From the NCBI GenBank assembly GCA_963766735.1, contig CAVYBU010000027.1:59363-123362 (forward strand): 64,000 bases of DNA, read 5' to 3'. The notes beneath the pieces were generated by a model, which was given only the letters and a program-made list of their open reading frames with translations, had not been told where the DNA came from and searched no databases. Below, piece after piece: positions 1-9,365 of this stretch. Position numbers and translations under genes: made by a program. Position 1 is the stretch's first letter. Each line of letters begins with the position of its first letter. This stretch comes from an uncultured Chloroflexia bacterium (GTDB lineage: Bacteria > Chloroflexota > Limnocylindria > Limnocylindrales > CSP1-4).

Positions 1-797
1 ACCGGACCGCCGCTGGGGGCCGCGGTGCCGTCGCCCGAACCGGTGAGTACGCCGGACGTGAGGATGATTCCTGCCGCCAGGAGCACGCCCAGAGCCGCGA
101 AGGTCGCCTTGGGCCAGGAGGGTGCCTCGCCGGGGTCCAGGTGACCGGTCCGGTCCGCCTCCGCGACGGCGATGTACTCCTTGCGCGAGTCCCGCAGCCA
201 GCCCAGGAGCACGACGCCCATCGCGATGCTGCCGAACAGCAGGGCCCAGCCGCCGACGATCATGCCGCCCACGAGCATGGTGAACCCGATGGAGACCAGC
301 AGCGGTCGGAACGAGGGGGGCGGGACGTGGACGCCGGGCGGCGGCGTGCCGTCCGTGGGCACCGGCAGCGCGCCGGGTTGAACCTCGCCGGACTGCAGCT
401 CACCCGCCGCGGTGGCCGCGGGATGAACGGCGTGGTCGTAGTCGCGGATCGCCTCACGCCCCCAGTAGAGGAGCGTGATCACCAGGACCACGACGCCGAT
501 CCACAGCCAGATCCCGCCGCTGAACAGCCCGAACAGCAGCATGAACGCGCCGAACGCTGCCAGCACCGGGGCGAACGACGGGCCGGGCATGTGGATGCCC
601 TCCGGCGTGGCCGGCGGCTGGCGCCGGATGCCGCGGCTCGTCGGCCCGGCCGTGGCAAACCGGTAGACGGTCCAGGTCAGGTACAGGAAGACCAGCCCCG
701 CCAGGGCGATGGGGATCAGCGCCACGAGGGCGCCCCAGTCCGGGACGATGAACTGTCCCGAGAGCTCGAGCAGCCCGGTCCAGAGTTCCTCGATCAT
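1..797 (-). CDS. Membrane protein of the oxidase operon with duplicated subunit-IV-like segments (3' end outside window)
   Basis: Manually read ATG at 797: MIEELWTGLLELSGQFIVPDWGALVAL...; two repeats (GIHMPGPSFAP, GVHVPPPSFRP), each followed by a TM hairpin; directly downstream of the cox genes; frame open to the window edge. Confidence 0.7.
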   Translation of the reverse strand, partial: MIEELWTGLLELSGQFIVPDWGALVALIPIALAGLVFLYLTWTVYRFATAGPTSRGIRRQPPATPEGIHMPGPSFAPVLAAFGAFMLLFGLFSGGIWLWIGVVVLVITLLYWGREAIRDYDHAVHPAATAAGELQSGEVQPGALPVPTDGTPPPGVHVPPPSFRPLLVSIGFTMLVGGMIVGGWALLFGSIAMGVVLLGWLRDSRKEYIAVAEADRTGHLDPGEAPSWPKATFAALGVLLAAGIILTSGVLTGSGDGTAAPSGGP

Positions 798-807
798 CGG
801 TGAGGGT

Positions 808-993
808 TCAGCTCCGCTTGAGGCCGGCGAACAGGACGTAGGCCATGAGCGACATGGCGCCGCCGAGGGCGACCAGCATCGTAATGCCCGCGTAGTCCAC
901 CATCGCCGGGTCGACCGCGCTGGTGAACACAAAGTACACCGCGGCGATGAACAGGAACACGATGCCCGCGAGGGCTGCGCGACGGGGGTTCAC
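808..993 (-). CDS. Small 2-TM protein, putative cytochrome c oxidase accessory/subunit-IV-like
   Basis: 61 aa, two hydrophobic helices (DYAGITMLVALGG), SD GAAGGAG upstream, between coxC and the next operon gene. Confidence 0.7.
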   Translation of the reverse strand: MNPRRAALAGIVFLFIAAVYFVFTSAVDPAMVDYAGITMLVALGGAMSLMAYVLFAGLKRS

Positions 994-1011
994 GGTCGCT
1001 CCTTCTCCGGG

Positions 1012-1692
1012 CTACAGCAGGTACAGGATGGAGAACAGGAGGATCCACACGACGTCCACGAAGTGCCAGTAGAGCGACGTTGCCTCGACCATGTCGTGAT
1101 GCTTGGCCGAGAACTGCCCTGCCATGCCGCGGTAGAGGACCACCGACAGCATGAGGACGCCCCCGAAGACGTGGGCGCCGTGGAAGCCCGTGAGCGTGAA
1201 GTACGTGGTCCCGAACGTCGTGGAGCCCATCGTCAGGCCCTCGCCGATCAGGACGCTGTAGTCGAACGCCTGGAGCAGGAGGAACGTCACCCCCAGGACG
1301 ACCGTGACCGCGAACGCTCGCACGAAGCCGCGGTGGTCGTCCCGCTGGATCGCCCAGACTCCCATCTGGCAGGTCGCCGACGAGAGGATCAGGATCAGCG
1401 TGGCCGGCAGGATCAGGTTGAGCGAGCCGTTCTCCGTCGTCAGCGCAAACGGGTTCAGCAGCTCCGCGTAGGCGGTCGGCGGCCAGACGTTCTGGAGGGA
1501 GCCGTTGACGACCTCCTGGTACCCGGCCCGGATGCTGAAGTAGGCCGCGAACAGGCCGGCGAAGAACATCACCTCGGAGGTGATGAACAACAGCATCCCC
1601 AGGACCGGCGTGCCGATCCCCCCGGAGCCGTGCCCCTCTGTGGCTGCGGCGTGGTCGGTGTGGGTGGTGAGGGCGGTGGCGTCGGCAGTCAT
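1012..1692 (-). CDS. ctaE: Cytochrome c oxidase subunit III
   Basis: C-terminal part of ORF 1012..3273: LFITSEVMFFAGLF, TGFHGAHV, LYWHFVDVVW; ATG at 1692. Confidence 0.95.
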   Translation of the reverse strand: MTADATALTTHTDHAAATEGHGSGGIGTPVLGMLLFITSEVMFFAGLFAAYFSIRAGYQEVVNGSLQNVWPPTAYAELLNPFALTTENGSLNLILPATLILILSSATCQMGVWAIQRDDHRGFVRAFAVTVVLGVTFLLLQAFDYSVLIGEGLTMGSTTFGTTYFTLTGFHGAHVFGGVLMLSVVLYRGMAGQFSAKHHDMVEATSLYWHFVDVVWILLFSILYLL

Positions 1693-1706
1693 CGTCTCAG
1701 CCCCCT

Positions 1707-3329
1707 TCAGTGCCCGACCGTCCGGCCATGCCGGGCGTCGAAGACCGGTCGCTCGGAGCGGATCTCGGGCAGGTGGTCGAAGTTGTACGCGGGCGGCGGC
1801 GACGTGGTCGCCCACTCGAGGGTGTTGCCCTCCCACGGATCGTCGCCGGCCACCTTGCCGTTGCGCAGCGAGATCAGTACGTTCCAGAAGAACGGCAGCA
1901 TGCTGAACGCGATGATGAACCCGCCGATCGTGGCCGCCAGGTTGAGCTCGCTCCAGCCGGCGTTGCCCGCGTAGTCCGCGATACGGCGCGGCATGCCAGC
2001 CAGGCCCAGCTGGTGCATCGGGAAGAACGTCAGGTTGAACCCGATGAACATGATCACGAACTGGAGCTTGCCCAGGGTCTCGTTGAGCATCCTGCCGGTC
2101 ATCTTCGGGAACCAGTAGAAGATCCCGCCGAAGATGGCGAACACGGAGCCGCCGAACAGCACGTAGTGGATGTGGGCGACGACCCAGTACGTGTCGTGGA
2201 TGGCGAAGTCCACCGGCACGGCGGCGGAGAAGGCCCCGTTGATACCGCCGATCAGGAACATCGTGAGGAACCCGAACGCGTACAGCAGCGGCGTCTGGAA
2301 GACCAGCTGGCCGCGCCACATCGTCGCGATCCAGTTGAACATCTTGACCCCCGTCGGCACCGCGATCAGGAACGTCATCAGGCTGAAGAAGGGCAGGAAC
2401 ACGGCTCCCGTCGTGAACATGTGATGTGCCCAGACGGAGAAGCCGAGGGCGCCGATGGCGACGGTGGCGAAGATGAACGCCTTGTAGCCGAACAGCGGCT
2501 TGCGCGAGAAGACCGGCAGGATCTCGCTGATGATCCCCATCGCCGGCAGGATCATGATGTAGACCGCCGGGTGCGAGTAGAACCAGAACACGTTCTGGTA
2601 GAGCACCGCGTTGCCGCCGTTGGCCGGGTCGAAGAAGTGGCCGCCGTAGTTGCGGTCGATGAACAGCATGATCAGCGCGCTGGTGAGCACCGGCGTGGCC
2701 ATCAGCACGAGCACGCTCGTCACCAGGACCGTCCAGACCAGGATCGGCATCCGGAACAGCGTCAGGCCCGGGGCACGCATCTTGAAGATCGTGACCAGGA
2801 AGTTGATCGCGCCCAGGATGGAGCTGGTCCCGATCAGGGTCAGGCCCATGATCCAGAGGTCCGTGCCGGTCCCGCTGTATTGGGAGCCCGAGAGCGGCGG
2901 GTATTCCGTCCAGCCCGACGCGGCCGCGCCACCCGAGACCAGGAAGCCCGAGGCCATCAGGGCGCCACCCAGCGGCAGCAGCCAGAACGACAGCGCGTTG
3001 ATCCGCGGGAACGCCATGTCCGGGGCGCCGATCTGGAGCGGCACGGCGTAGTTGCCGAAGCCCGCGAGGATCGGGATCACGAACAGGAACAGCATGAAGC
3101 TGGCGTGCATCGTGAACGCCTGGTTGTAGAACGCCTCGTCCACCAGCTGCAGCCCGGGCTGGGCCAGCTCGACGCGGACGACGAGCGCGAGGATGCCGCC
3201 CGCCACGAAGAACAGGATCGAGTTGATCAGGTACATGATCCCGATCTTCTTGTGGTCGGTGGTCGTCAGCCACTCGTAGAGGCCGCCCCTGTATGCGGGA
3301 GCGGCGGGGCTGAGGGTCGTCGTGGCCAT
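1707..3329 (-). CDS. ctaD: Cytochrome c oxidase subunit I (A-type heme-copper oxidase)
   Basis: TTDHKKIG, WFYSHPAVY, VWAHHM, HDTYWVVAHIHY, GMPRR motifs. Confidence 0.98.
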   Translation of the reverse strand: MATTTLSPAAPAYRGGLYEWLTTTDHKKIGIMYLINSILFFVAGGILALVVRVELAQPGLQLVDEAFYNQAFTMHASFMLFLFVIPILAGFGNYAVPLQIGAPDMAFPRINALSFWLLPLGGALMASGFLVSGGAAASGWTEYPPLSGSQYSGTGTDLWIMGLTLIGTSSILGAINFLVTIFKMRAPGLTLFRMPILVWTVLVTSVLVLMATPVLTSALIMLFIDRNYGGHFFDPANGGNAVLYQNVFWFYSHPAVYIMILPAMGIISEILPVFSRKPLFGYKAFIFATVAIGALGFSVWAHHMFTTGAVFLPFFSLMTFLIAVPTGVKMFNWIATMWRGQLVFQTPLLYAFGFLTMFLIGGINGAFSAAVPVDFAIHDTYWVVAHIHYVLFGGSVFAIFGGIFYWFPKMTGRMLNETLGKLQFVIMFIGFNLTFFPMHQLGLAGMPRRIADYAGNAGWSELNLAATIGGFIIAFSMLPFFWNVLISLRNGKVAGDDPWEGNTLEWATTSPPPAYNFDHLPEIRSERPVFDARHGRTVGH

Positions 3330-3342
3330 CCCTGCTGCTCCT

Positions 3343-4189
3343 CTAGGGGTTCGCGCTTGCCGAGGGCGGCGGCGTGGGCGCCGCGGCAGCCTTCTCGATC
3401 TGGGCGGTGAGCCATCCGTCGAAGTCGGCCTTCGGCAGGGCGTGGACCTCGAAGATCATCGAGCCGTGGAACGCGCCGCACAGCTCCGCGCACTGGCCGC
3501 GGTACGTGCCGGGCTCCTCGACGGTGAAGCTGAAGACGTTCTCCTTGCCCGGCACCGCGTCCCTCTTGAACAGGAACTGGGGGACGTAGAAGGCGTGGAT
3601 CACGTCTTCCGCCCTGAGCGTCACCGTGACCGGCTCGTCCACCGGAAGGACCATGCCGCCGTCCTCGCCCACCGGGAGGACCTGCGAGAACAGCGTCGCT
3701 CCGTTCGCGTCCAGGTAGTCGAAGTGCCACTGGTAGCGGGCAGCCACGGCCCGGACATGGACGTCGCTCGGGGGTTTGGCTTCGACGGTGTTGAGGGTCT
3801 GCCAGGACATCACGAACAGGGCCAGGACGATCGCGGTGGGGATCGCCGTCCAGATCACCTCGACCATGTTGTTGCCGTGGGTCTGGGGCGGGAGCGTCCT
3901 CGTCGCCGGGCTTGCGGCGGTACCGGAGCACCGTGAACACGATCGCGGCCTCGACGATCAGGAAGATCACCACCGCGATGTAGAACACGATGTCGTAGAG
4001 CGTCTTGGTGGCGACCGCGCGGTCCGTGACCGGCGTCGTGTTGCCGACCGGGAAGAAGCTGTCCCAGACCTGTTGCGGTGTGATTCCGGCCGCCGCCAGG
4101 ACGGCGATCGTGGCGACCACAACCGCGATCGTGATCAGGCTGGCAACCAGGAGACCGGACCCGGTCCGGGACCGGGAGGGCATCGACAT
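3343..4189 (-). CDS. ctaC: Cytochrome c oxidase subunit II (CuA), apparent +1 frameshift near 3898
   Basis: N-terminal TM part in ORF 3266..4276 (..LRYRRKPGDE) joins LPPQTHGNNMVEVIWT..DVIHAF..CAELCGAFHGSM (ORF 3343..3867) if one G of GAGGACG is removed. Confidence 0.9.
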
Positions 4190-4398
4190 CGGGTTCCTCG
4201 GATGGTGCGACCGGGTCATGGGCATGCCCGGCCAGCTCTGAGGTATTGCCGCCCGGGGACACGCGCCTCCCGTCACCGGGGGCGCCGGACCCGCGCACTA
4301 TACCGGACGAACTGGTTTTGGGGGGCCAAATTGCCCGTGGCCTACCATGCCGTTCGGCCCCCGGATGTCGAAGCGCGGAAACGGGTGACAATGCGGGT

Positions 4399-5585
4399 GT
4401 GAATCCGACCCTGCTGGCGACCCGTCCGGGGCGCCCGATACCAGCCGCGGCGAGGGCCGGCGCGGTCGCCTTGCTTCTCGCCGGCCTGGCCGTCGGGCCC
4501 TTTGCGCGATCGGCCCTGGCGCATGGGACGGAGATACCGCCGGAGCCCGACGTGCTCGCGTTCCTGCTCGGCTGGAAGGGCGATCCACTCATCTGGCTGC
4601 CCGTGATCGTCGCTGCGGTCCTGTGGCGCTCCGGCGTGGGGCGGGTCAACCGGGCTCACCCCGCAAACCCGGTTCCGCGGCGCCGGACGGTCTCGTGGAT
4701 GCTGGGCCTGCTGGCGATCCTGGTGGCGCTGGATTCCGGGGTGGAGCGCTACGACACCACGCTGTTCTCGGACCACATGATCCAGCACATGCTGCTCACG
4801 CTGGTGGCGCCGCCGCTCCTGCTGTACGCGGGGCCGATCACGCTCCTCCTGCGCGCCTCCTCCGCCAGGACGCGGCGCCGCTGGATCTTCCCGCTCCTCC
4901 ATTCCCGCGTCGTCCGGTTCCTCTCGTTCCCCGTGGTTGCATGGATCCTGTTCGCGGCCGTCATGTGGGGGAGCCATTTCTCGCCGCTGTTCGACGCGGC
5001 GCTGGAGAACCAGTGGCTGCACCGTCTGGAGCACGGGCTCTTCCTTGCCTCGGCGCTGCTGTTCTGGTGGCCCGTCGTGGGGCCGGACCCGTCGCCGTGG
5101 CGGATGCGGCCTGCCGCCAAGGTGCTGTACGTCGGCCTGCAGATGCCGCAGAACACGTTCCTCGCCGTGGCGATCGCGATGTCGTCCGTGCCGCTCTACC
5201 CTCACTACGTCAGCACGATCCGGTCCTGGGGGCCGACGCCGCTGGAGGACCAGCAGCTGGCCGGCAGCATCATGTGGCTGGGCGGCGACCTGGTCTTCAT
5301 CGGCGCGGTGATCCTGCTCGTGCTCGCGTGGATGCGCGATGACGAGCGGCGGACGGTCGGCGAGGACCGGCGACTGGCGGGGGAGCGGGCGGCGATCCGT
5401 GAGCGCGAGGTGAAGCTCGCGGCGCGCCTGGCGGAGGAGGGACCCTCGGTCGGGGAGGGGCCAGCCACCAGGGCCTCGGCCGGAGCGCCGGCAGCGCCGG
5501 GGGCGCCGGAGGGTCGGTCGGGGTGCCGGAGGGTCGGCCTGGGGTGCCGGAGGGTCGGCCGGAGGGTCTCAACTCCCCTTCGTGA
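4399..5585 (+). CDS. ctaG: Cytochrome c oxidase assembly factor, Caa3-CtaG family; probable frameshift in C-terminal repeat
   Basis: FSDHMIQHMLL, HRLEHGLFL..FWWPV, EDQQLAGSIMW; divergent from cox operon; adding one G at ~5521 gives ...GVPEGRPGVPEGRPEGLNSPS* ending at TGA 5583-5585. Confidence 0.85.
5505..5568 (+). repeat. Tandem repeat, 4 copies of GCCGGAGGGTC (20/21-bp period, then 12)
   Basis: Read directly; would encode a PEGR repeat tail of CtaG. Confidence 0.85.
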
Positions 5586-5632
5586 CGCACGGCCGCCAGC
5601 TCCCGCGCGGTCCCGCGCCACCCCGCGGGACC

Positions 5633-6655
5633 CTACCCCTCCGGGGGGACCACGGCCTCGAGGTACTCCAGGAACCGGTCCGGATCCACGTTGCCGCCCG
5701 AGACCACGCCCACGATCGGTCCATCCAGGCCCGCGAGTCCCGCTTCCGCCGCGTGAAACCGCATTGCCGCGATCGGCAGCGCGCCCGACGGCTCCACCAC
5801 CAGGCGTGCATCCTCGGCGCCCAGGCGCACGGCTGCGGCGATCTCAGCCTCGGACACCGTGATCACCGCGTCCAGCTGTTCGCGCAGGTGAGCGAAGGTG
5901 AGGCGGCCGATCGACTGCGTGCGCGCCCCGTCCGCGATGGTCCGGCTCACGAGCTCCGGCGGCCAGGCCACGATGCGGTCCTGGGCCAACGAGTCACGCG
6001 CGTCCGCGGCCAGCTCCGGCTCGACGCCGATGAGCCGCACGTCCGGGAGGAGGGCCGTGATGGCCGCGGCCACCCCGGCCGCCAGACCGCCACCGCCGAT
6101 CGGGACCAGCACCGCGGCAACCTCGGGCATGTCCTCGGCGATCTCCAGGCCCGTGGTGCCCTGCCCGGCCACGATCCGCCGATCGTCAAAGGGCGGGATG
6201 ATCGCGAGGCCGCGGGCCGCGGCGAACTCCTCCGCCACCCGTCTCCGCTCCTCCGACGCGGTGCCCACGATGACCACCTGGGCGCCATCTGCCTGCACGC
6301 GTGCACGCTTGATGGCGGGGGCGTCCGACGGCATGACGATGACGGCCGGCACGCCGAACAGCCGCGCGGCCCGCGCAACGCCCTGGGCGTGGTTGCCGGA
6401 GGAGTAGGTGATGAGGCCGCGCCGCCGCTCCTCCGGCGTCAGCATGGCCGCCGCCACGTACGCCCCGCGCAGCTTGAACGCGCCGATCGGCTGGAGTGAC
6501 TCCGCCTTGAGCCAGTGCCGCCGCTCCGGTCGCCCGAACGGCACCAGCGGCGTCCGGACGGTGATTCCGCGCAGGATCTCCGCCGCCGCGCGGATCTCCT
6601 CGAGGGTGACCAGGGCGGGGAGCGGCTCGGGTTCGGCGCCCACGGGATCGTTCAC
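5633..6655 (-). CDS. PLP-dependent threonine/serine dehydratase (short form, no ACT domain)
   Basis: KAESLQPIGAFKLRG, SSGNHAQG, PIGGGGL, VEPSGA, SGGNVD; GTG start overlaps the upstream stop (GTGA). Confidence 0.9.
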   Translation of the reverse strand: MNDPVGAEPEPLPALVTLEEIRAAAEILRGITVRTPLVPFGRPERRHWLKAESLQPIGAFKLRGAYVAAAMLTPEERRRGLITYSSGNHAQGVARAARLFGVPAVIVMPSDAPAIKRARVQADGAQVVIVGTASEERRRVAEEFAAARGLAIIPPFDDRRIVAGQGTTGLEIAEDMPEVAAVLVPIGGGGLAAGVAAAITALLPDVRLIGVEPELAADARDSLAQDRIVAWPPELVSRTIADGARTQSIGRLTFAHLREQLDAVITVSEAEIAAAVRLGAEDARLVVEPSGALPIAAMRFHAAEAGLAGLDGPIVGVVSGGNVDPDRFLEYLEAVVPPEG

Positions 6656-6996
6656 CGGTGGCCCTTCGCGCGCTGGCAGTCGATGCACAGGGCGGCGCTG
6701 GGCAACGCCTCGAGACGCTCGGGCGGGACAGCCTGGCCGCACGCGGTGCACGCCCCGTAGGTGCCGGCGTCCAGGCGTGCCAGGGCGGCCTCGACCGCCG
6801 CGAGCGCGGTTCGGGTGTGCTCGCGCAGGGCGAGATCCCGCTGCTGCTCGAACACCTGGCTGGCCGCGGCGGCCTGTGACCCGTAGGTCATCGGCTCCGG
6901 GGCGCGGATCGTCAGCTCGCCCAGCTCGGCAAGCAGCCGCGAACGCTCCTCGAGGAGGATGGCGCGCGGGTCTCCGGGTGCGTCGGTGCGATCCAT
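6652..6996 (-). CDS. TraR/DksA family C4 zinc-finger protein
   Basis: GTYGACTACG..PPERLEALP...LCIDCQ after a coiled coil. Confidence 0.9.
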   Translation of the reverse strand: MDRTDAPGDPRAILLEERSRLLAELGELTIRAPEPMTYGSQAAAASQVFEQQRDLALREHTRTALAAVEAALARLDAGTYGACTACGQAVPPERLEALPSAALCIDCQRAKGHR

Positions 6997-7143
6997 GGTC
7001 TCCGATCCTACGCCTCGCGCACGCTGCGTGGCAGCTGCGGCCGCCCCACAGCCAATCGCTGCCCGCGTGCGCTAGCCTCAGCACATCATCACCCAAACGT
7101 GCCCGGGTCCCGTCGGCCCGGCGCGCCCCCGAGGAGCACCCGG

Positions 7144-7317
7144 ATGGCCATTGCCAAGGATCCCGTTTGTGGGATGGACGTCGACACAGAGACGTCGAAG
7201 CTCTCGCTCGAGCACGACGGCACAACCTACTGGTTCTGCGGCAAGGGCTGCCTGCTCGAGTTCAAGGACGACCCTGACAAGTACCTTGACCCGGAGTACG
7301 TGCCCGAGGGGATGTAG
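7144..7317 (+). CDS. YHS-domain protein
   Basis: AKDPVCGMDV...YWFCGKGCLLEF..DPDKY; SD GAGGAG upstream. Confidence 0.9.
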   Translation: MAIAKDPVCGMDVDTETSKLSLEHDGTTYWFCGKGCLLEFKDDPDKYLDPEYVPEGM

Positions 7318-7509
7318 CTGACGACAGGCCCGCAGATCAGGCGGCTCAACGGCGACGGCTAGTCTGCCTTCGGCCGGCCCGGGGCCGGCGAGCACGCCTG
7401 CGCGGCCAACGTGGGCGGTTGGGCCGGGTCAGACGTGTGGACCGGGCCCGGCCAAGGGGCCGGGGCCGGGCCGCACTGCCGCGCCCGGCGCGGGAACCCC
7501 GGGGCCCTC

Positions 7510-7740
7510 GCATCACGGGGGATGCTGTCTCGCGCCATTCCCGGGCTGCCGTGGCGGGCTTTCGTCGAGAACGGCGGGCTAGGGGCGCTTGCATCACCGC
7601 GGATGATCGGGACGGCGACATCTGCCTCGGCGCACGGTAGCGGCGGCCGGATGCGGCCGGATAGCACCCCTGGTGATGCGGAGGGTTGGCTGGGTGGGTT
7701 GGCGGGGTGGGTCGCCGGGTGAGATACGACGGATGTCGGT
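7510..7740. promoter_or_regulatory. Array of putative operator palindromes upstream of peptide gene 1
   Basis: GCATC-N6-GATGC-like 16-mers at 7510, 7591 and 7664; TACGAC-GGAT-GTCGGT at 7725-7740. Confidence 0.5.
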
Positions 7741-7881
7741 GCGTTCGGCGGATCCGGCGCACGTAAGCCGCAGATAAGCGGGCGTCTTCACAATGCGGCT
7801 CCCGCACGTTTCGATCGGGCACTCCTCGGAGGGATCGGCGCGCGGTCGCTGCCGTCCGCATGGCCGGACGAGGAGGTCTCG

Positions 7882-7986
7882 ATGAGTACGCGAGTGCGGC
7901 GCCTGGTGGTCGCGTTGGCACCGGCCATCCCCGTGCTGCTGGTCCTGGGCGGTGTCGTCGCCGAGGGGGCGAAGAGATGGCTCTGA
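7882..7986 (+). CDS. Small hydrophobic peptide, 34 aa, MSTRVRRLVVALAPAIPVLLVLGGVVAEGAKRWL (GAKRW peptide 1)
   Basis: SD AGGAGGT at 7871-7877, ATG 7882, TGA 7984-7986; shares its C-terminus with the 13470..13565 peptide; below the ORF-track cutoff. Confidence 0.75.
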   Translation: MSTRVRRLVVALAPAIPVLLVLGGVVAEGAKRWL

Positions 7987-8230
7987 CGCGGGCGGGGCGG
8001 CCAGGCGTCTGCGAGCATGGCCGCCGCTGGTGGCGCGCGGGCGCCAGGAGTCGGTCAGAGTAGTCAGGCAAAGGGCTCGAGCCGGAGGCTCGGGAGCCGC
8101 GGAGTCTGGTCCGGGCGGCAGCCAGTCGTCCGCCACGTGGGCTTGGGCCGATCTCCCGCATCATTAGGGGATGGACACCCCGCGCCTCTTGAGCCACACC
8201 GCGGTCGCCAGGATCGAGACGGGCGGCCGC

Positions 8231-8728
8231 ATGACGGTGGCCGCCGCCTGGGGAATCCTCGTCCTGCTTGTCGCGGGCTGCGACGCGGGCGTCCCGGTCG
8301 CCTCGCAGCCGATAACGCCGGGCGCCAGTGATAACCCGCGCGAGGTGAACATCATTGCCCGCGACTACGCCTACACGCCGGCGGCGCTGGACCTGGTGCC
8401 CGGCGAGACCGTGATCCTGCACGTGGTCAATGGAGGCCTGGCCGTCCACGAGGCGGTCATCGGGGACATGGGGACGCAACTGGCCTGGGAGGCGGCGGAG
8501 GCACCGCTCGCGGATTCGCCTCCCGGCCCCACGCCGGTCGTGTCGGTGCCGCCGGGTTTCGACGGCGTCCGGGTCGTGGTGGAGTCCGGTGAGCGGGTGG
8601 ACGTGGTCTGGACAGTGCCGTCGGACGCGGCCGACGACCCGTCCGGGTGGTTCGTTGGGTGCCACATCCCGGGGCACTGGGACAAGGGCATGGTCGTGCC
8701 TGTCCGGTTCGCCGCCACGGGCGGGTGA
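8231..8728 (+). CDS. Cupredoxin/plastocyanin-like copper-binding lipoprotein
   Basis: Lipobox LVAGC; type-1 Cu ligands: H (AVHEA) and GCHIPGHWDKGM; alternative start 8171. Confidence 0.85.
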   Translation: MTVAAAWGILVLLVAGCDAGVPVASQPITPGASDNPREVNIIARDYAYTPAALDLVPGETVILHVVNGGLAVHEAVIGDMGTQLAWEAAEAPLADSPPGPTPVVSVPPGFDGVRVVVESGERVDVVWTVPSDAADDPSGWFVGCHIPGHWDKGMVVPVRFAATGG

Positions 8729-8869
8729 CGGGAGGCTGGCCGGACCGCCCCCTCGTGCGCCCAACGGGGGTCGCGTGGGGTACGCGCGGTGGTACGCTCT
8801 GGGTGTCGCGCGCGAGGCGCGGTTCAGAGAGTTCGACGAGCAGCCGATGAATCAGGAGATCCCAAGACC

Positions 8870-9157
8870 ATGACGTACGTCATCGCCGAGCCCTGCGTCG
8901 ACGTCATGGACACCGCATGCGTGTCCGTCTGCCCCGTGGATTGCATCCATTTCGAGGAAGGGGTTGACCGCAAGCTCTTCATCGATCCCAACGAGTGCAT
9001 CGATTGCGGCGCCTGCGAGCCCGAGTGCCCCGTCAACGCGATCTTCCCGGAGGAGAGCCTCCCGGCCGAGTGGGCCGGCTACACCGCCGTCGAGGCCACC
9101 TGGTTCACGGACAAGGCCGCGGCCCGCGTCGCGCTGGAAGCCCTCAAGCCCGCCTGA
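8870..9157 (+). CDS. fdxA: Dicluster (7Fe-type) ferredoxin
   Basis: MTYVIAEPCVDVMDTACVSVCPVDC...CIDCGACEPECP; SD AGGAG. Confidence 0.93.
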   Translation: MTYVIAEPCVDVMDTACVSVCPVDCIHFEEGVDRKLFIDPNECIDCGACEPECPVNAIFPEESLPAEWAGYTAVEATWFTDKAAARVALEALKPA

Positions 9158-9200
9158 GCCGTAACGCGCCGGCACTCGTGGCCGGCCGACGAGCGCATCC

Positions 9201-9230
9201 GGCCCCGCAGGCAACTGCGGGGCCGTCTTG
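9201..9230 (+). terminator. Hairpin after ferredoxin
   Basis: GGCCCCGCAG-GCAA-CTGCGGGGCC, perfect 10-bp stem with GNRA loop; weak U-tract (GTCTT). Confidence 0.55.
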
Positions 9231-9365
9231 GTGCCGGCGCCGGAACCCTTGCCTTGTGGCCGCGTCCCGGATCCCGGCCGCGTCCGGCCGGGCAGGCCCC
9301 GGCGGCGACGAGCCGACCCGAACGGCCCTGACGGGCCGGGTGCCCATCGCCCGTAGACTGGCGTG

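Noticed and set aside
8066-8135. c-di-GMP-I riboswitch-like (GGCAAA...CAGCCAG) downstream of peptide 1
   Set aside because: Lacks the GACGCAAAG core and GNRA/receptor pattern; only a GGCTC/GAGCC hairpin is supportable; needs an Infernal scan
9160-9360. Cobalamin riboswitch upstream of the BtuF-like gene
   Set aside because: No B12-box or GGGAA elements; the hairpin is better explained as the ferredoxin terminator and the gene appears leaderless
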